Origin: Octopus sinensis
Lineage: Eukaryota
Assembly: GCF_006345805.1 (NCBI RefSeq)
Contig: NC_042998.1
Coordinates: 153,512,001-153,576,000, forward strand
Reading direction: 5' to 3'
DNA: 64,000 nt
In this document: in pieces, positions 61,799-64,000 of the stretch
How the letters are laid out: every line of letters starts with the position of its first letter
Position numbering within the stretch: position 1 is the stretch's first letter
Notes under the pieces: generated by a model
The model's database searches: none
Seen by the model: the letters and a program-made list of their open reading frames with translations, nothing else
What the model was told of the DNA's origin: nothing
Position numbers and translations under genes: made by a program

Positions 61799-64000
61799 AC
61801 ATCCATTGTCCATACTGGCATGGGTTAGGCAGTTTAACCAGGGCTGGTAAGCTGATGGGCTGCACCAGACTCCAGTCTGATTTGGAATGGTTTCTATGGC
61901 TGGATACCCTTCCTAATGCCAACCACTCCAAGAATGTAATGGGTGCTTTTACATGCCATCAACATGGGTGCCAATTGCATGACACGTATCTACCATGATT
62001 TCATTTGGCTTGGTGAGTTTTCTACTCAAGCACAGCATATTGTCAAAGGTCTTGGTCATTTGTCATTGCCTCTGTGAAGCCCAACATTCAAGAGGTGCTT
62101 TTTATGTGCCACCAGCATAGGTACCAGTTATGTGACACCGGCATCAGCCATGACTACAATTTCACTTGACTTGAAGGGTCTTCTCAAGCACTGCTTACCA
62201 CCAAAGGTCTTGGTCACTAGTTATTGCCTCTGTGAGGCCCAACATTCGAAGATCATGCTTCACCATCTCATCCCATGTCTTTCTGGGTCTACCTCTTCCA
62301 CCAGTTCCCTCCATGGTTAGAGATTGGTACTTTTTTACACAACTGTCCTCATCCATATGCATCACATGACCATATCAGCACAGTTGTCTCTTTTGCACAC
62401 CACACCTGATGCCTCGTATGCCCAACTTTTCTCTCAAGATGCTTACACTCTGTTGTACATGCATTCTGACATTGCATATACAGTGAAGCATGCTAGCTTC
62501 ATTCCTTAAAAGCCTACTCATGTCCTTGGTGGTCACAGCCCATGTTTCACTGTCATGTAGCATAGCTTTTCGCACACATGAATCATACAGTCTGCCTTTC
62601 ACTTTGAGTAGGAGGCCCATTGTTGCCAACAGAGGTAGGAGCTCTCTGAACTTTACCCAGGCTATTCTTATTCTCACAGCTACACTCTTGGAGCATGCTA
62701 CTGACTTGGTTACCTAGATAATGGAAGCTATCAACTACCTCTAGCTTACCCCACTGATATTGTCTCTGTTTGCTTTCCTTCTTTCTTTCTATTTTCCCTT
62801 GGCATCTGTTTCCAGGTTATCCTTATGGTGGCACCTTTAATATTAAATTAAAGATGGAGTCTGTTTTCTTAACATTTTTGGTATTTATTGTACCTGTGCA
62901 CTTTCCACACAAAAATTATTTTCCCAGTTAACCTTACTCTCATATTGCTGCACCTCTTATGTGTCCATGGCTTTCGCTTCTCATCTAGACTAATTCTCCT
63001 TAATTAGTTGGGGTATGATCCTCTCAGTAACTTTCATCACCTGATCCAACAATTTGATACCTCTGTAATTATTTCTATCTAAGGCATTACCTTTACCTTT
63101 GTGGCTGTTGACTATCGTGCTACTACACCAGTTATTGGATATGACTCCTCCATGGACCACCTGCTTAACTATATGGGTGACTAGACCATAACCCACACCA
63201 CCAGATAAAAGCATCTCAGCAGTTATTCCTGATGGGCTAGGGGCTTTCTTCATCTTCATATCATTTATGGCTTTGTCAACAATGCTACTGTCTATTCGGA
63301 TTGCTGGTCCCTCTGTTGGACCAACTTTAGGCAGACTCTCCTTCTCCCATGAGTTTTCTATGTAGTGGCACTTCCAAGCAAAGTTTGCAAAGTTACTAAC
63401 TGCAAGTGAACCATCATCCATCCAAACACACTTCTCTACCACATTACAATTTTCTCTGGCACACTGTCTTGCAAACCGAAATACTTGAAGCCACTGGTTC
63501 TCATGCTGCATAACATTGGCAAACTTCTTCCTTTCTGCTTCACCCCTGCCTAAGTACATCTGCTTCCTAGCTTCCCTTCTAGCTGCCTGATATAGCTCCT
63601 TGCTACCACCACCCTTCCAGTCCTTCCAAGCCTGTTTCTTTGCTTTCCTAGCCCTGTCAACTACATTGTTCCACCACCATGTCACCCTAGGTCTGGTTGG
63701 GTCTTTGCACCACCCACAAATTTGATCTGTGGCTCTCAGTAAGTTGTCTTGTAGAAACTTCCAGTTATCCTCTGTATTGCAGCTCTGTAACTCCTCCCCC
63801 TTCTCATCTACCTATTGAAAGGATCCTTAAGGTTTCAGATCTTTCTTTTCCAAACTGGCTTACTTCTTGGAATCCTTCATGCCTGCAGTTTGAAGTCATG
63901 AACAAATATCATATGCTGAGGGGTACACTCTTCTCCAGGGAAGGACTTTGCATTTATGAGCAGCCATGAATCCTGCTTTCTGATGAGAATGTAATCGCTC
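61790..64000 (-). mobile_element. RTE-clade LINE, fragmented, continuing beyond the window
   Basis: MTWWWN...; KAPSPSGITAEML; [18 protein letters not shown]; KVKGRLYDSCVRKAMLH.SETW. Confidence 0.88.

Noticed and set aside
61617-61998. Poly-Q, poly-C and poly-L ORFs
   Set aside because: Alternative frames of the triplet microsatellite; no independent coding evidence.
63980-64000. CTGATGAG at the window edge
   Set aside because: Truncated and inside RTE coding sequence; cannot be evaluated.
29195-64000. Antisense orientation bias of intronic LINEs
   Set aside because: Most are antisense, but sense pieces exist (45170-45470, 46220-46720, 58240-58460); the sample is too small and the phenomenon is well known.

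Overview
AT-rich, microsatellite-dense animal genomic DNA. The repeat landscape (RTE LINEs with (GAT)n tails, Penelope, Helitron, tRNA-SINE fragments) resembles a cephalopod such as Octopus; this is an inference, not a database result. The only host gene I can support is DNAJB11/ERdj3 (ER Hsp40) on the + strand: six coding exons at 20532-20602, 48455-48611, 51940-52031, 52850-52967, 58612-58754 and 61546-61628, all with GT-AG introns. They splice in frame to signal peptide, J domain (HPD), G/F region and the Cys-containing substrate-binding region, and the gene runs off the right edge. Intron 1 is about 27.9 kb and mostly transposon debris. The rest is nested TEs: Chapaev3 in piggyBac, Helitron in hAT, mariner in RTE, Gypsy next to or inside Penelope, a Tx1-like LINE and a head-to-tail Helitron stack. 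Most notable structures: (i) a type I hammerhead ribozyme with a complete core, sense to DNAJB11 intron 1 (26689-26779), plus several variant hammerhead-like folds at Penelope termini; (ii) a ~635 bp near-perfect inverted repeat in intron 1; (iii) a stepwise compound triplet microsatellite behind a weak exon 6 donor that reads in frame as a 45-aa hydrophobic tail plus P5-H6; (iv) splice-site oddities (regenerated donor at exon 4/5, mariner-borne acceptor). Most ORF-track entries are microsatellite or TE artefacts. All alignments and folds were done by eye; repeat boundaries are approximate unless termini are quoted.
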